A stretch of DNA of 64,000 bases from the NCBI GenBank assembly GCA_963728205.1, contig CAVSIV010000006.1:1088001-1152000 (forward strand), given 5' to 3'. Made by a program: the position numbers and the translations under genes. The stretch is from an uncultured Chloroflexia bacterium (GTDB lineage Bacteria; Chloroflexota; Dehalococcoidia; UBA2979). Below, one piece after another: positions 11,618 to 22,105 of the stretch. Within the stretch, counting starts at the first letter, position 1. Each line of letters opens with the position of its first letter. Under the pieces are notes generated by a model. It had not been told where the DNA came from and did no database searches. It saw nothing but the letters and a program-made list of their open reading frames with translations.

Positions 11618-12328
11618 TCAGTACAGCTCGCCCGACCTCGCGTCCTCGATCAGCGCGATCGCCTGGAGCCGCAGCTCGTCGCGCGCGGCGACGAGCGACT
11701 CGCGGCACGCGCCCGGGGTGGCCCATCCGTGAGCGCGCACTCGCTCCAGGACGCGCTCGCCGCTCTCCGCCGCCGCCGGCAGGCGCTCGGTCATCTGCTC
11801 TTGCAGCGCGGCCCACAGGTCGGCCGGATGCGTGAGCGAGAAGTGCGCGTACTGGAGGGTCGCGAACGCGTGGCCCACCGTCCCCGGGTCGTTCCAGTCC
11901 GCCGCCGCGTTGTGCAGCATCTCCTTCAGGCCGGCGTGCCGCTGCTCCGTCTCCCATTCGAGGTCGAGGCCCAGGCCCTGGAGATGCAGCTCCGCCTCCG
12001 GCGCCAGCACCAGCTCGCGCAGCACGGAACGCACGATGTCGGCACCCGGCGGCTGGGCGAGGTTCGGCACTGCGACGGTCGGGTAGAGGTCGAGGCGCTG
12101 CCGGACATGCTGCAGCGCCACGGCAAAGACGTGCGGCAGCGCGCGGCGCGGCACGCCGTTGTGCAGCACGATCACCACCGCGCCGGGCTCCCACTCGACG
12201 GCGGAGAACGACCCGCCCTCGAACGGCTCCACACGCAACTCGCGCTCCGCCTCGATGCGCACGCGCTGCTCGAGCGACGCGTACATCGCGTCGAGTTCCT
12301 TGCCGATGTCCTTGCCGATGACCTTCAT
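11618..12328 (-). CDS. hypothetical protein (possible degenerate zincin-like fold)
   Basis: GGGAGG SD; normal composition; follows fpg on the same strand. Confidence 0.7.
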   Translation of the reverse strand: MKVIGKDIGKELDAMYASLEQRVRIEAERELRVEPFEGGSFSAVEWEPGAVVIVLHNGVPRRALPHVFAVALQHVRQRLDLYPTVAVPNLAQPPGADIVRSVLRELVLAPEAELHLQGLGLDLEWETEQRHAGLKEMLHNAAADWNDPGTVGHAFATLQYAHFSLTHPADLWAALQEQMTERLPAAAESGERVLERVRAHGWATPGACRESLVAARDELRLQAIALIEDARSGELY

Positions 12329-12350
12329 GCGCGCCCTCCCCGCTGGCCCC

Positions 12351-13166
12351 TCACGCGAAGAGCGGCTGACACTTCACGCAGTAGTTCGTTTCGCTGCCGC
12401 TCCGCACCTGCGACTTGATCGGTTCGCCGCAGCGCGGGCACGGCTCGTCGCCGCGCCGGTGCACCCGCAGGTGCTGGCGCCACTCCTCCTTCTTGCCGAG
12501 CCCCTCCGCCTGCACCGTCGCATCCACGATCTCGCTCGCCCACTCGATCGTGGAGCGCATTGCCGCGTAGAGCCGGCGCAGTTCGTCATCGGACATCGTG
12601 CTGCGCCGACGGTGCGGGTGCAGGCCGGCCTCCCAGAGGATCTCGTCGGAGTAGGCGTTGCCGACCCCCGCCATGAACTCCTGGTTCGTAAGCGTGTTCT
12701 TGATCTGTCCCGCGTGCCGGCGGATGCGCTGCAGGAACTCCTCCTCGCTGATCGCCATCGCATCCGGACCGAGCTTCGCAAGCTGCGGCACCTCGTCCAG
12801 ATGATCGCGCGCGACGAGGTAGAAGCGGCCCATGCGCCGCTGGTCGGAGTAGCGCAGCTCGTGGCCGTCATCGAACGCGATCACGACGCCCATGCGCGGC
12901 ACGCTGCGCGCCCCGGCTTCGACCCAGTGGAAGCGGCCGGTCAGCATCGGGTTCACGACGAGGATGCGCTCGTCGTCCACGAAGAAGAGCAGGAACTTCC
13001 CCAGCCGGTGGATCTCGCCGAACCGGTGGCCGACGAGCGTCTCGAGCCGATCGGCGCCCGTCCGCACGAGCCACGGGATTGGCGCCTCCGTGTGCGCGAT
13101 CGTGAGCCCCTCGAGCCGCGGCATGAGGTAGTGGCGGATCGCCTCGAGGTCCGGGATCTCAGGCAC
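12351..13166 (-). CDS. Fpg/Nei family DNA glycosylase
   Basis: N-terminal PEIPD, GKFL, LGPDA, GVGNAYSDE H2TH and CPRC...CVKCQ Zn finger. Confidence 0.92.
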   Translation of the reverse strand: MPEIPDLEAIRHYLMPRLEGLTIAHTEAPIPWLVRTGADRLETLVGHRFGEIHRLGKFLLFFVDDERILVVNPMLTGRFHWVEAGARSVPRMGVVIAFDDGHELRYSDQRRMGRFYLVARDHLDEVPQLAKLGPDAMAISEEEFLQRIRRHAGQIKNTLTNQEFMAGVGNAYSDEILWEAGLHPHRRRSTMSDDELRRLYAAMRSTIEWASEIVDATVQAEGLGKKEEWRQHLRVHRRGDEPCPRCGEPIKSQVRSGSETNYCVKCQPLFA

Positions 13167-14028
13167 CGCCGGCGCCCTCGTGTTCCGTGGACGATACGAA
13201 GCGCGGGTAGGAGCCGAGAACGCGCAACCAGTACGTCGCCTGCTCGACCTCCTGCAGCGCCTCGGCCAGCTCGCGGTCCGTGCGGTGGCCCTGGACGTCG
13301 ACGAAGAAGACGTACGTGCCGAGTTGGCGGCGGGTCGGGCGCGACTCGACGCGCGTCATGTTGATGCCGCGGCGGGCGAAGTAGAGCAGCACCTCGACGA
13401 GCGAGCCCGGCCGGTCGTGTTGCGTGGTGAATGCGAGCGACGTCTTGTCGTCGCCGGTCGGCTCGTGGTCGGTTCGCGCGATCAGGACGAAGCGCGTCTC
13501 GTTGCCGGGCTCGTCGCCGATGTCCTGCGCGTAGAGCTGCGCGCCGTACAGCGCCGCCGCGTGCTCGTTGCCGACCGCGAGCGTTCCCGGCTCCGCGATC
13601 GCGGCCTCGATGGCCGCGGCGGTCGAGAGCGCGGCCGTCGGCTGCGCGCGCGGCGCCAGCTCGGCGAGATGGCGCCGGCACTGCGCGAGCGCCTGCGGGT
13701 GCGAGTACACCACCGTCGCCGCCGCGAGGTCGATGCCGGCCGCCCCGACGAGTGCGTGGCGGATCGGCAGGACCACCTCGCCGCGCACGGCGAGCGCGAA
13801 GTCCGGGCGCAGGAGCTGGTCGAGCGTGTCGGGCACGGTGCCCTCGATCGAGTTCTCGATCGCGCAGACCGCGGCGTCGGCCGCGCCCTGCTCGACCGCC
13901 GCCACCGCGGCGGCGACCGTCGCGGTCGGCAGGCAGGTCGCGCCGGGCGCGGCGAGCATCGCCGCGGCCTCGGTGTAGGTGCCGCGGGGGCCCAGGTGGG
14001 CGACGCGAGCGAGGCTAGCCGGCGTCAT
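13159..14028 (-). CDS. pheA: prephenate dehydratase (PDT-ACT)
   Basis: LGPRGTYT, IENSIEG, SHPQALAQC, NETRF and ESRP. Confidence 0.95.
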   Translation of the reverse strand: MTPASLARVAHLGPRGTYTEAAAMLAAPGATCLPTATVAAAVAAVEQGAADAAVCAIENSIEGTVPDTLDQLLRPDFALAVRGEVVLPIRHALVGAAGIDLAAATVVYSHPQALAQCRRHLAELAPRAQPTAALSTAAAIEAAIAEPGTLAVGNEHAAALYGAQLYAQDIGDEPGNETRFVLIARTDHEPTGDDKTSLAFTTQHDRPGSLVEVLLYFARRGINMTRVESRPTRRQLGTYVFFVDVQGHRTDRELAEALQEVEQATYWLRVLGSYPRFVSSTEHEGAGGA

Positions 14029-14698
14029 CCGCGACGGAGCCCGTGATCAGCGCGCGCACCTCGTCCTCGGCGTTGTCGGGGATCACCGCGATCACCTCGT
14101 CGCCGACGTGCAGGACGCTGTCGCCGGCGGGGACGTGGGGCTGGCCGTCCTCGCCGAAGATCAGCGAGATCAGCGTGTCGTGCGGAAGCGACAGGTCCTT
14201 GATCGCCTGCCCCGCTGCGGGCGCGCCCTCCTGCAGCCGGAGGTTCACGATGCGCAGGTTCGAGCCCTCGAGCCGGAGCAGGTCCACCAGCGTGTGCTCC
14301 GGCAGCGTGACCTCGATCTGCGCCATCACCGCGCGCGCGGCGGAGATCGTGGAGTCGACCCCGAGCAGGTGGAACAGCTCTTCGTTGCGCGGGTCGTTCA
14401 CGCGCGCGATCGTGCGCCTCACGGCGAACCAGTGCCGCGCCACCTGGCACGCGACCAGGTTCGCGCCGTCGTCGGCGGTGACCGAGATCAACAGGTCGGC
14501 GCGCTCCGCGCCGACCGACTCCAGGAACGCGACCTCGGTGCCGTCGCCATGCACCACCATCTCGCCGAGCTCCTCGCGGAGCTGGTTGGCGCGGCTGCCG
14601 TCGCGCTCGACGATCGTCACCTCGTGCCCGGGCATGGCCTGGAGCTCGAGCGCGAGCCCGTACCCGACGATGCCGCCGCCGACGACGATGATGTACAT
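14015..14698 (-). CDS. TrkA family RCK protein (RCK_N plus RCK_C)
   Basis: IIVVGGGIVG, GDGT, IARVNDP and C-terminal GDEV. Confidence 0.9.
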   Translation of the reverse strand: MYIIVVGGGIVGYGLALELQAMPGHEVTIVERDGSRANQLREELGEMVVHGDGTEVAFLESVGAERADLLISVTADDGANLVACQVARHWFAVRRTIARVNDPRNEELFHLLGVDSTISAARAVMAQIEVTLPEHTLVDLLRLEGSNLRIVNLRLQEGAPAAGQAIKDLSLPHDTLISLIFGEDGQPHVPAGDSVLHVGDEVIAVIPDNAEDEVRALITGSVADDAG

Positions 14699-14728
14699 GC
14701 GCTGCGCTCTCCTTCGCCCGCGGTCTCG

Positions 14729-15133
14729 CTAGTGGCTCGCGAAGAGCGACTCGTACGCGAGCTCGGCGCCGACCTTGGTCGGGCTGAACGTGCGCAGGCC
14801 GAGCCGTCCGAACAGCTCGCTGCGGTAGGGATCCTTCACGCGGCTCACGGCGATCTTCACGCCGAAGATCTCCTTCGCCTTCTGCGCGGCGAGGATGTTG
14901 CGGTTGTCGCCGGAGGCCAGCGCGACGAAGGCGTCCGCGCGGCGGATGCCGGCCTCCTCGAGCACGCGCTCGTCGGTCCCGGAACCTTCCAGGCAGCGGC
15001 CCCCGAAGTTGGCGGGAAGCCGCGAGAACGCGAAGCCGTCCGTGTCGAGGACGGTGACCTCGTGGCCCTCGTCCACGAGCCGCGTCGCGACGGCGGCGCC
15101 GACGCGTCCGCACCCCATGATCACGACCCTCAC
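14729..15133 (-). CDS. TrkA family RCK_N-only protein
   Basis: VIMGCGRVG, SGDNRNI and RVKDP. Confidence 0.9.
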   Translation of the reverse strand: MRVVIMGCGRVGAAVATRLVDEGHEVTVLDTDGFAFSRLPANFGGRCLEGSGTDERVLEEAGIRRADAFVALASGDNRNILAAQKAKEIFGVKIAVSRVKDPYRSELFGRLGLRTFSPTKVGAELAYESLFASH

Positions 15134-15162
15134 GCGTCACCTCCCGGTCGGCGCAACGTCCG

Positions 15163-15648
15163 TCAGCGCGCCCAGACCGTGCCCGGCCGGGTGGCGATGT
15201 GCCCCTCGGGCGGCGGGTAGCGGATGAGCCACACTTCGGTCGGCGCGTGTTCGAGCACGTACATGGGCAGCCGGCCCAGCGCGAAGCGGCCGTGCGGGCG
15301 ATGGTAATCGAGCCCCACCACGATCGCATCCACACCCCGCTCGATCGCCTCGTCGACGACGGCGTGGCCGGCCTGACGCGCCTGCAGCAGATCCGCATGC
15401 ATCGGCACCTTGAAGCTGTTGCCGATCTGCTCGGCGCGGTCGAGGACGGCCTCGCCGCGCTGCGCCTCGTCGGCGAGCTCCGCGTCGAGGGGCAGCGAGC
15501 GCGGCACCTCGATCACGTAGATGACGTCGACGCGCGCCTTCGCGCGCCGCGCGATGTCGCACGCGACGACGAGCGCATTGAGCGCGGCCTCGGAGCCGTC
15601 GAGCGGCACGATGTACGACTTGATGGCGGCCAGGGGGTCGGACGGCAC
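15163..15648 (-). CDS. universal stress protein
   Basis: IVPLDGS, DAIVVG and LGRLPMYVLEHAPTEV. Confidence 0.88.
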   Translation of the reverse strand: MPSDPLAAIKSYIVPLDGSEAALNALVVACDIARRAKARVDVIYVIEVPRSLPLDAELADEAQRGEAVLDRAEQIGNSFKVPMHADLLQARQAGHAVVDEAIERGVDAIVVGLDYHRPHGRFALGRLPMYVLEHAPTEVWLIRYPPPEGHIATRPGTVWAR

Positions 15649-15676
15649 GGATGCTCCCTCGACGGCGTCTCGCGGG

Positions 15677-15844
15677 CTAGCGGCGAGCGAGCTCGAACCG
15701 GACGAGCGCGTTGGCGAAGAGGACGACCGCGAGCAGCAGCCCGGGGCTGCGCAGGTCGCCGCTGATCACGGTGAACGCGAGGGCCAGGATGCCGCCCAGT
15801 GCCGAGATGGCGGCGACCACCGCGTGTCCTCGCGTCGGCTGCAT
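15677..15844 (-). CDS. 55-aa small protein with two TM helices (not in ORF track)
   Basis: MQPTRGHAVVAAISALGGILALAFTVISGDLRSPGLLLAVVLFANALVRFELARR; GAGGTG SD. Confidence 0.7.
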   Translation of the reverse strand: MQPTRGHAVVAAISALGGILALAFTVISGDLRSPGLLLAVVLFANALVRFELARR

Positions 15845-15906
15845 CCACTCACCTCACGGGCGGGCGCCTGGCTGCGCCGAAGGACGCCGCTGCGCACAAC
15901 CCGGTC

Positions 15907-15935
15907 ACGCTATGGCTGGCCCGACGAGGTGTCAA
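15907..15935 (-). promoter_or_regulatory. sigma70-type promoter for the small protein-USP-trkA operon
   Basis: Minus strand TTGACA-17 nt-TAGCGT. Confidence 0.65.
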
Positions 15936-15966
15936 TGCGCGCCCGGGCGCCCGTAAACACGTCCGT

Positions 15967-17022
15967 TCATGCGCCGTCGGGGCCCGTCGCGACCACGTCG
16001 CGGCGACGCCACCAGCGGCGCGCGACGAGCGCGAGCACCAGCGCAAGCGGCGCGATCCACCAGGTGTAGACCACTACGACGAGCACGCCGGTCGCGATCG
16101 CCTCGAGCGTCCGCAGGGACGCGTGCCACGCGCCGCGGGCCGCGGCGAGCGGCCCGGCCGCCGGCTCGCTCTTCACCGCGGGCGCCGTCCCGGTCGGCCG
16201 CAGCGTGACCGTGATGCTCGACAGCGTTGCCTGCGAATCCAGCACCTTGCGGCGCGCCTCGGTGCGGTCGATCTGCAGCCGCACCTGGTTGAGGCGGTCC
16301 TGGACCTGCAGGACGTCGTTGATGCTGCTTGCCCGACCCAGCAGCTGCGCGTACTGCGCTTCGACCGCGCGCAGGTTGGCGAGCGTTGCCTCGATGTCCG
16401 TGTACTCGGCGGTGACGTCCTGCGAGCTGGTGCTCACCGATCGCACGTCGACGGCCAGCGCGCGCAGCTGCGTGATCACGTCGCCGAACTGCGCCTCGGG
16501 CACGCGAATGGTGAGGTTCGCGGCCTGCCGTTCGCCCGTGCCGGTGAACGAGGAGTCGGACACGAAGCCGCCGGCCGCCGTCGCGACCTGGCGCACGCGG
16601 TCGAACGCGTCCGCCACCGACTCGACCTCCAGGTCGACGGCGCCGTTGCGGATGATCGTGCGGCCGGCGTCGAACGCCGGAAGGTCGCCGCCGGCGATAC
16701 CCCCGGCGGACGACGCCGGCGCGGACGCGACACCGGCGTCGGACTTCGCGGCGAGTCCGCCCGCGGACTGCACGGGGGAAGCGCCCGGCGCCTCCTCGGG
16801 CGCGACCAGCGAGCCGAACGACCCCGCGCTCCCGGCGCCGGCGAGCACCGGCCCGCCCACCGTCGACGTGGCGTTTGCGCTGCCGTGGCCGGCATCGCGG
16901 GAGCGCTGGACGGCGACGGTCGCGAGCACGGCCGCGGCGAGCAGCGCGAGCACGACGGCGGCGCGCGCCCCGCCGAAGGGCAGCGAGCGCCGGCGCATGG
17001 ACTGGACCCACTGAGCGTTCAT
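15967..17022 (-). CDS. DUF4349-type membrane-anchored coiled-coil protein
   Basis: RTIIRNGAVDLEV, GGFV, LTIRVP, QDVTAEYTD and C-terminal TM. Confidence 0.85.
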   Translation of the reverse strand: MNAQWVQSMRRRSLPFGGARAAVVLALLAAAVLATVAVQRSRDAGHGSANATSTVGGPVLAGAGSAGSFGSLVAPEEAPGASPVQSAGGLAAKSDAGVASAPASSAGGIAGGDLPAFDAGRTIIRNGAVDLEVESVADAFDRVRQVATAAGGFVSDSSFTGTGERQAANLTIRVPEAQFGDVITQLRALAVDVRSVSTSSQDVTAEYTDIEATLANLRAVEAQYAQLLGRASSINDVLQVQDRLNQVRLQIDRTEARRKVLDSQATLSSITVTLRPTGTAPAVKSEPAAGPLAAARGAWHASLRTLEAIATGVLVVVVYTWWIAPLALVLALVARRWWRRRDVVATGPDGA

Positions 17023-17070
17023 GGTCGTCTCCCTCCGCCGCCCGCGCGGCTGGAGGTGAGACGACAGGCG

Positions 17071-18292
17071 CTATCGGCCGGTTCCCGCGTCGTCGTTGCC
17101 GCGTTCGAACCAGAGCTCATAGGCGCGGTCGCCGCGCACGCAGCGATACCGGCCGGCGACCGGGCGCGGCAGCTCGCCGAGCGAGCCGGGGTGAGCGGCG
17201 GGCGACACGCGCATGGAGAGGTCCATGGTGTGCGGCTCGCCCTCGAGCGACCAGCGCATGAGCGCGGCGCGCGCGAAGTCCAGCGCCTCGTCGGAGCCGA
17301 GGACCTCGACGGTGCCGGGCGCACCGGGCGCGTCGCCACCGCTCGCGGCGCGCCAGCGCAGCGCCGAGGCGGGCGAGGTCACGAGCAGACGCCACGCCGC
17401 CGCACGCACGCCCAATCCACGTTCGAGCACGGACGCGAGCGGCGCCCCCTGGAGGGCGAGGTATGCGAGCGCGTCGAACCACCGGTCGCCGCCGGCGAGC
17501 GCCGGAAGGGCGACGGCCCGTCCCGCATCCCATCGCTTCGCGAGCGCCGCGACCTCGGGGCCGCCCGGGTCGACGTCGGCGGAGATCCGGCGGTTGTCGC
17601 CCAGCTCCGCCACGAAGCCGCGGCCGGACGCGCCGCGCAGCGGCATGAATCCGCCCGCGGCGGCGGCCAAGCTTGCGAGGTCGGCGCCGCGGCGCTCGAG
17701 CGCGACGACAACCTGGGTGCCATTCAGCCGGAACGGCAGCACGAGTCGGCCGCCGTCGCGCAGCTGCGACACCCACGCCCCCGGGATCTCCCACGCGCTG
17801 GCCGTCGCGATGATGCGGTCGAACGGTGCGCCGGCGGGATAACCGGCGGCGCCGTCGCCGGTGACGACCGCGACCGTCTCGGCGGCGCCGCCGAGCCCCG
17901 TCGCGAGGTGCGCGCGCGCTTCGTCGGCGACCGCCGGGTCAAGCTCGAGGCTCGTGACGCGCCCGGCGGAATCCGACGACAGCCGAGAGCAGCGCCGCGT
18001 TGTACCCGGTGCCGGCGCCGATCTCGAGAACCCGCTGCCGCGGTCGCGCGTCGAGCATGTCGAGCATGATCGCCATGATCCCGGGCTGCGAGGACGAGGA
18101 GGTCGGGTCGCCGTCCTCGCGGTGCGTGACGTACGCACGGTCGAGGTACACGTCCTCCAGGGGAAGGTCGCGGAGGAACGCCTCGCGCGGCACCGCGGCG
18201 AACGCAGCGGCGGTGGCGTCGCCGCGCAGCGCGCCCGTCGCTCGCAGCCGCGCGACGAGCGCCGCGCGCAGGGCCACGGAGTCGGAGGCCAC
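17071..18292 (-). pseudogene. protein-L-isoaspartate O-methyltransferase family, long form; one frameshift near 17970 (possible sequencing error)
   Basis: VPREAF, SSSQP and VLEIGAGTGYNAALL in one frame; GRVTSLELD, GDG, APFDRII, GGRLVLP and FMPLRG in another. Confidence 0.8.
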
Positions 18293-18294
18293 GG

Positions 18295-18772
18295 TCAGCC
18301 GACGGAGACGACGCGGCCGCGCGCGACGTGCCGCAGCTGCCCGGGCGTGAGGCGGAGGAACGCCGCCGTCGTGCCGGCGGGACACCGAGATCGCGTCGAA
18401 CTCCATGAGGTCTTCGTCGATGAAGAGGCGACCGTCGTGCGCGAGCGGAAGCGGCGGCACGCCGCCCACCGGGTAGCCCGTCGTCCTCCGCACCCAGTCG
18501 GGATGTGCCAGCTCGACCGGTTCGCCGAGCAGCTCCGCGAGCACCGCGGCATCCACGCGATTCGACGCGCTGGCGACGACGAGCACCGGCCGCTCGGACT
18601 CGAGCGTGCGAAAGACCGCGGTCGTCGCGACGGCGCCGGCGGGGCTGCCGACCGCGGCGGCCACATCCGCGGCGGTGCGCGCCTGTGGCGTGAGCTCCAC
18701 GACCGATACGTCGACGTCGAGCGCCGCGAATTCGTCGCTGACCTGCTGCGCCGATGGCGAGAGCATGCTCAT
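18295..18772 (-). pseudogene. YbaK/EbsC family aminoacyl-tRNA deacylase-like protein; frameshift near 18380 (possible sequencing error)
   Basis: [10 protein letters not shown] and [10 protein letters not shown] in one frame; C-terminal AGTTAAFLRLTP in another. Confidence 0.8.
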
Positions 18773-18788
18773 GGTCGAATCTCCGGCG

Positions 18789-19400
18789 CTAGTGCAGCTG
18801 CTCGATCCAGGCGTCGACCACACCGTCGCGGAACTCGAGGAAGCCGACCGTGCCGAGCTGCGTCTGCAGGTTGCGCGGGTAGGTCGGCGAGCCGGAGTTC
18901 ACGATCAGCAGCCCGCCGTCCGTGCGCCAGACGCCGGGCACGTGCGTGTCGCCGGCCACGACCACATCGACGGGGCCGCCGAAGTGGCGCTCCATCCGTT
19001 CCTCGTGTGTCGCGCCGCCCGGGTACGCCTGCTCCGGGAAGTCGTGCGTCATGCCGATGCGGACGCCGTCGACGTCGAGCAGCTGGTTGTAGGGCAGCCG
19101 CGGGTCGGCGGCCGGCGCGATCGGGCGACCGCTCGAACCATCGTCCCCGTTGCCGCGCACGCCGAGCACGGGCGCGACCTCCTGGAGCCAGTCGAGCACG
19201 ACGATGTCGTGCATGTCGCCGGCGTGCAGGATGAGATCGACGCCGCGAAAGACGGCGTAGACCTCGTCCCAGAGCGCGGAGCGCGACTCCGGGATGTGGG
19301 TATCGGAGACCAGGCCGACCAACAGATCGCCGGTGAACTCGTGGCGATCGAGCCAGCGTCGGTCGGTGATGTCGTCGGGGGCGGTCATGGTGCTCATCAC
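18789..19400 (-). CDS. metallophosphoesterase (YfcE/MJ0936-like)
   Basis: SDTH, HAGD, VRGN, GDTH and NSGSPT. Confidence 0.88.
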   Translation of the reverse strand: MMSTMTAPDDITDRRWLDRHEFTGDLLVGLVSDTHIPESRSALWDEVYAVFRGVDLILHAGDMHDIVVLDWLQEVAPVLGVRGNGDDGSSGRPIAPAADPRLPYNQLLDVDGVRIGMTHDFPEQAYPGGATHEERMERHFGGPVDVVVAGDTHVPGVWRTDGGLLIVNSGSPTYPRNLQTQLGTVGFLEFRDGVVDAWIEQLH

Positions 19401-19544
19401 CCCCTACGGTACCGCAGGCCCTCGCCGGCGGACGAGGCCGCCCGCGCGCCACCCACACCTGTCGCGCACGGCCGGCGCCCCTCGGATGCTCCCCCGAGAT
19501 CGCGCTACAATGAACGGGAATCCGACCATACCCGCGGGAGTGAC

Positions 19545-20480
19545 ATGACCAGCAACGGCAATGGCAACGGCGCGCACGAGATGACCGGCGAGACGGCGAC
19601 CTGGACGGTGAAGGCCGGCCTCGCCCAGATGCTGAAGGGCGGCGTCATCATGGACGTCGTCACCGCCGACCACGCTCGCATCGCCGAGGAGGCCGGCGCC
19701 GTCGCCGTGATGGCGCTCGAGCGCGTCCCCTCGGACATCCGCGCCGCCGGCGGCGTGGCGCGCATGAGCGCGGTCGACCTGATCGAGTCGATCCAGGAGG
19801 CCGTGACGATCCCGGTGATGGCGAAGGCACGCATCGGGCACTTCGTCGAGGCGCAGATCCTCGAGGCGATCGGCATCGACTACATCGACGAGTCCGAGGT
19901 GCTGACGCCGGCGGACGACCAGAACCACATCAACAAGCACCCCTTCAAGGTGCCGTTCGTGTGCGGCTGCCGGAACCTGGGCGAGGCGCTGCGGCGCATC
20001 GGCGAGGGCGCGGCGATGATCCGCACGAAGGGCGAGGCCGGCACGGGCGACATCGTCGAGGCGGTGCGCCACATGCGCTCGCTGTGGGACGGGATTCGCC
20101 AGGTGCAGATCGCCCCGGAAGAGGAGCTGGCGACCATCGCGAAGAACCTGCAGGCGCCGCTGGCGCTCGTGCAGGAGGTGAAGAAGCTCGGGCGGCTGCC
20201 GGTCGTCAACTTCTCGGCGGGCGGCGTCGCCACGCCGGCCGACGCCGCGCTGATGATGCAGCTGGGAGCGGACGGGGTGTTTGTCGGCTCCGGCATCTTC
20301 AAGTCGTCCGAGAAGCAGGCCGAGCAGCTGAAGATGGCGACGGCCATCGTGAAGGCCGTGACGCACTTCCGCGATCCGGAGGCGCTGGCCGACGCGTCGC
20401 GCGGACTGACCGAGACGATGCGCGGGCAGTCCGTCGCACAGATGCCCGTGGCCGACCAGCTGGCGGGGCGCGGGAACTGA
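19545..20480 (+). CDS. pdxS: pyridoxal 5'-phosphate synthase lyase subunit
   Basis: [20 protein letters not shown] and [16 protein letters not shown]. Confidence 0.97.
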   Translation: MTSNGNGNGAHEMTGETATWTVKAGLAQMLKGGVIMDVVTADHARIAEEAGAVAVMALERVPSDIRAAGGVARMSAVDLIESIQEAVTIPVMAKARIGHFVEAQILEAIGIDYIDESEVLTPADDQNHINKHPFKVPFVCGCRNLGEALRRIGEGAAMIRTKGEAGTGDIVEAVRHMRSLWDGIRQVQIAPEEELATIAKNLQAPLALVQEVKKLGRLPVVNFSAGGVATPADAALMMQLGADGVFVGSGIFKSSEKQAEQLKMATAIVKAVTHFRDPEALADASRGLTETMRGQSVAQMPVADQLAGRGN

Positions 20481-20515
20481 ACCACGCCGCGATCTCCACG
20501 GGGAGCGCGCGCCCG

Positions 20516-21106
20516 GTGATCGGCGTGCTCGCGCTGCAGGGCGACTTCGAGGAGCACGAGACGGCGCTCGCCGCCTGCGGTGCAAGCGCCGTGCAGGTGC
20601 GCACGCTGGCGCAGCTCGATGCCGTCGATGGGCTGGTCATCCCGGGCGGCGAGAGCACGACCATCTCGCGTCTGCTGGTCGCGTTCGACCTGATGGAGCC
20701 GCTGCGCCGGCGCATTCGCGACGGGATGCCCGTGTGGGGCACCTGCGCCGGCGCGATCCTGCTCGCGAGCGATGTCCCGGGGCTGGACCGCTCTCCGATC
20801 GGCGTGATGGACATGACCGTGGAACGCAACGCCTTCGGCCGCCAGATCGCGTCGTTCGAGGCCGACCTCGACGTCACCGGGCTCGACGGTGGGCCGCTGC
20901 GCGCGGTGTTCATCCGCGCGCCGGTGATCACGCGCACGGGCGACGGCGTCGATGCGATCGCATGCCTGGCCGACGGCCGCGTCGTGGCCGTCCGCGAGGG
21001 CCGGCTGCTCGCAACGTGCTTCCACCCGGAGCTGACCGGTGACCGGCGGATGCACGCGCTGTTCGCGTCGATGGTGGTGGAGGCGGCACAGACGGAGGCG
21101 GCATGA
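20516..21106 (+). CDS. pdxT: PLP synthase glutaminase subunit
   Basis: GVLALQG, PGGEST, GTCAG and FHPEL; start may be CTG 20477. Confidence 0.95.
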   Translation: MIGVLALQGDFEEHETALAACGASAVQVRTLAQLDAVDGLVIPGGESTTISRLLVAFDLMEPLRRRIRDGMPVWGTCAGAILLASDVPGLDRSPIGVMDMTVERNAFGRQIASFEADLDVTGLDGGPLRAVFIRAPVITRTGDGVDAIACLADGRVVAVREGRLLATCFHPELTGDRRMHALFASMVVEAAQTEAA

Positions 21107-22077
21107 GCGACACGCATGCCGCACGGCCGACCGACCTGGTCGCGCTCATGACCTTCGATGAGGAGGTGCGTGAGAATCAGGCGGTCACCCGGGAGCGCCT
21201 CGGCCGGGAGCCGGAGACGCCACGCCCGCTGAACGCCGCGCTCGAGGACTGGCTCGGTCTCGGACGACACACCTGGGTCACCGTGCGGGGGCGACAGGTG
21301 CACGGCATCGCGACCGCCCGCGAGCTGTCGGCGAAGACCGCGTGGCAGGTCGACGTCCTGATCGACGCGGGCGCGGACGCGGATGCGAGCGAGGTGCCGG
21401 AGGGCGACGTGCTCGGCGACCTGCTGCGCCAGGCGGCGCGCGCCGCCGAGCGGTCGCACGTCACGCACGTCTTGCTGCGCACGCCCGCGGAGTCGGCGGC
21501 CGTCGAGTCGGCGCTGCGCGCCGGCTTCGTGCGCGCGCTGCCCGAGCGGCTGTGGACCGGGGTGCTGCGCGGTTCTGGCGAAGTCGCCGCCGGCGCGGCG
21601 GCGGTGCGCCTCGCGACCGACGCCGACGAGATGGGCCTGTTCCAGCTCTACAGCCGCGCGCTGCCGATCGAGGCGCGGCAGGTGCTGGCGATGACGTTCG
21701 ACGAGTGGAAAGCGGTGCGTGAGCGTCGCTGGTGCGCGCACGGCGAGCTGCTGGTGGCTACGGCCGCCGATCGTGTCGTCGGCGCGCTGCAGCTCACGCG
21801 CGACGAACCGTCACCCCAGCTCGATCTCACCCTGCAGCCCGACGCCGACGGCGAGCGCGCGGGTGAGGCGTTGCTCGCGCAGGCGGCCGCGCAGCTCGAC
21901 GACGGCACACCGGTGCTCGCGCTTGCGCCGACCATCGCCGGCGCCACCGAGCAGATCCTCCGCCGGTTTGGGCTCGCGCCCGCCGACGAATTCATCCTCC
22001 TCGCCCGGCGCATCGCGCGCCCGGTGCGGGAGGCCGTCCCGCAGCGCGCCGGGGCGGCGGTACCCACCCGTGGCTAG
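21103..22077 (+). CDS. hypothetical protein, probable tandem GNAT-like folds
   Basis: Two GNAT-like segments (ALRAGF; VRLATDAD...LRRFGL); coupled to pdxT by ATGA overlap. Confidence 0.6.
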   Translation: MSDTHAARPTDLVALMTFDEEVRENQAVTRERLGREPETPRPLNAALEDWLGLGRHTWVTVRGRQVHGIATARELSAKTAWQVDVLIDAGADADASEVPEGDVLGDLLRQAARAAERSHVTHVLLRTPAESAAVESALRAGFVRALPERLWTGVLRGSGEVAAGAAAVRLATDADEMGLFQLYSRALPIEARQVLAMTFDEWKAVRERRWCAHGELLVATAADRVVGALQLTRDEPSPQLDLTLQPDADGERAGEALLAQAAAQLDDGTPVLALAPTIAGATEQILRRFGLAPADEFILLARRIARPVREAVPQRAGAAVPTRG

Positions 22078-22105
22078 CCCGGTTTCGCGCGAGGACGACA
22101 CCCCA

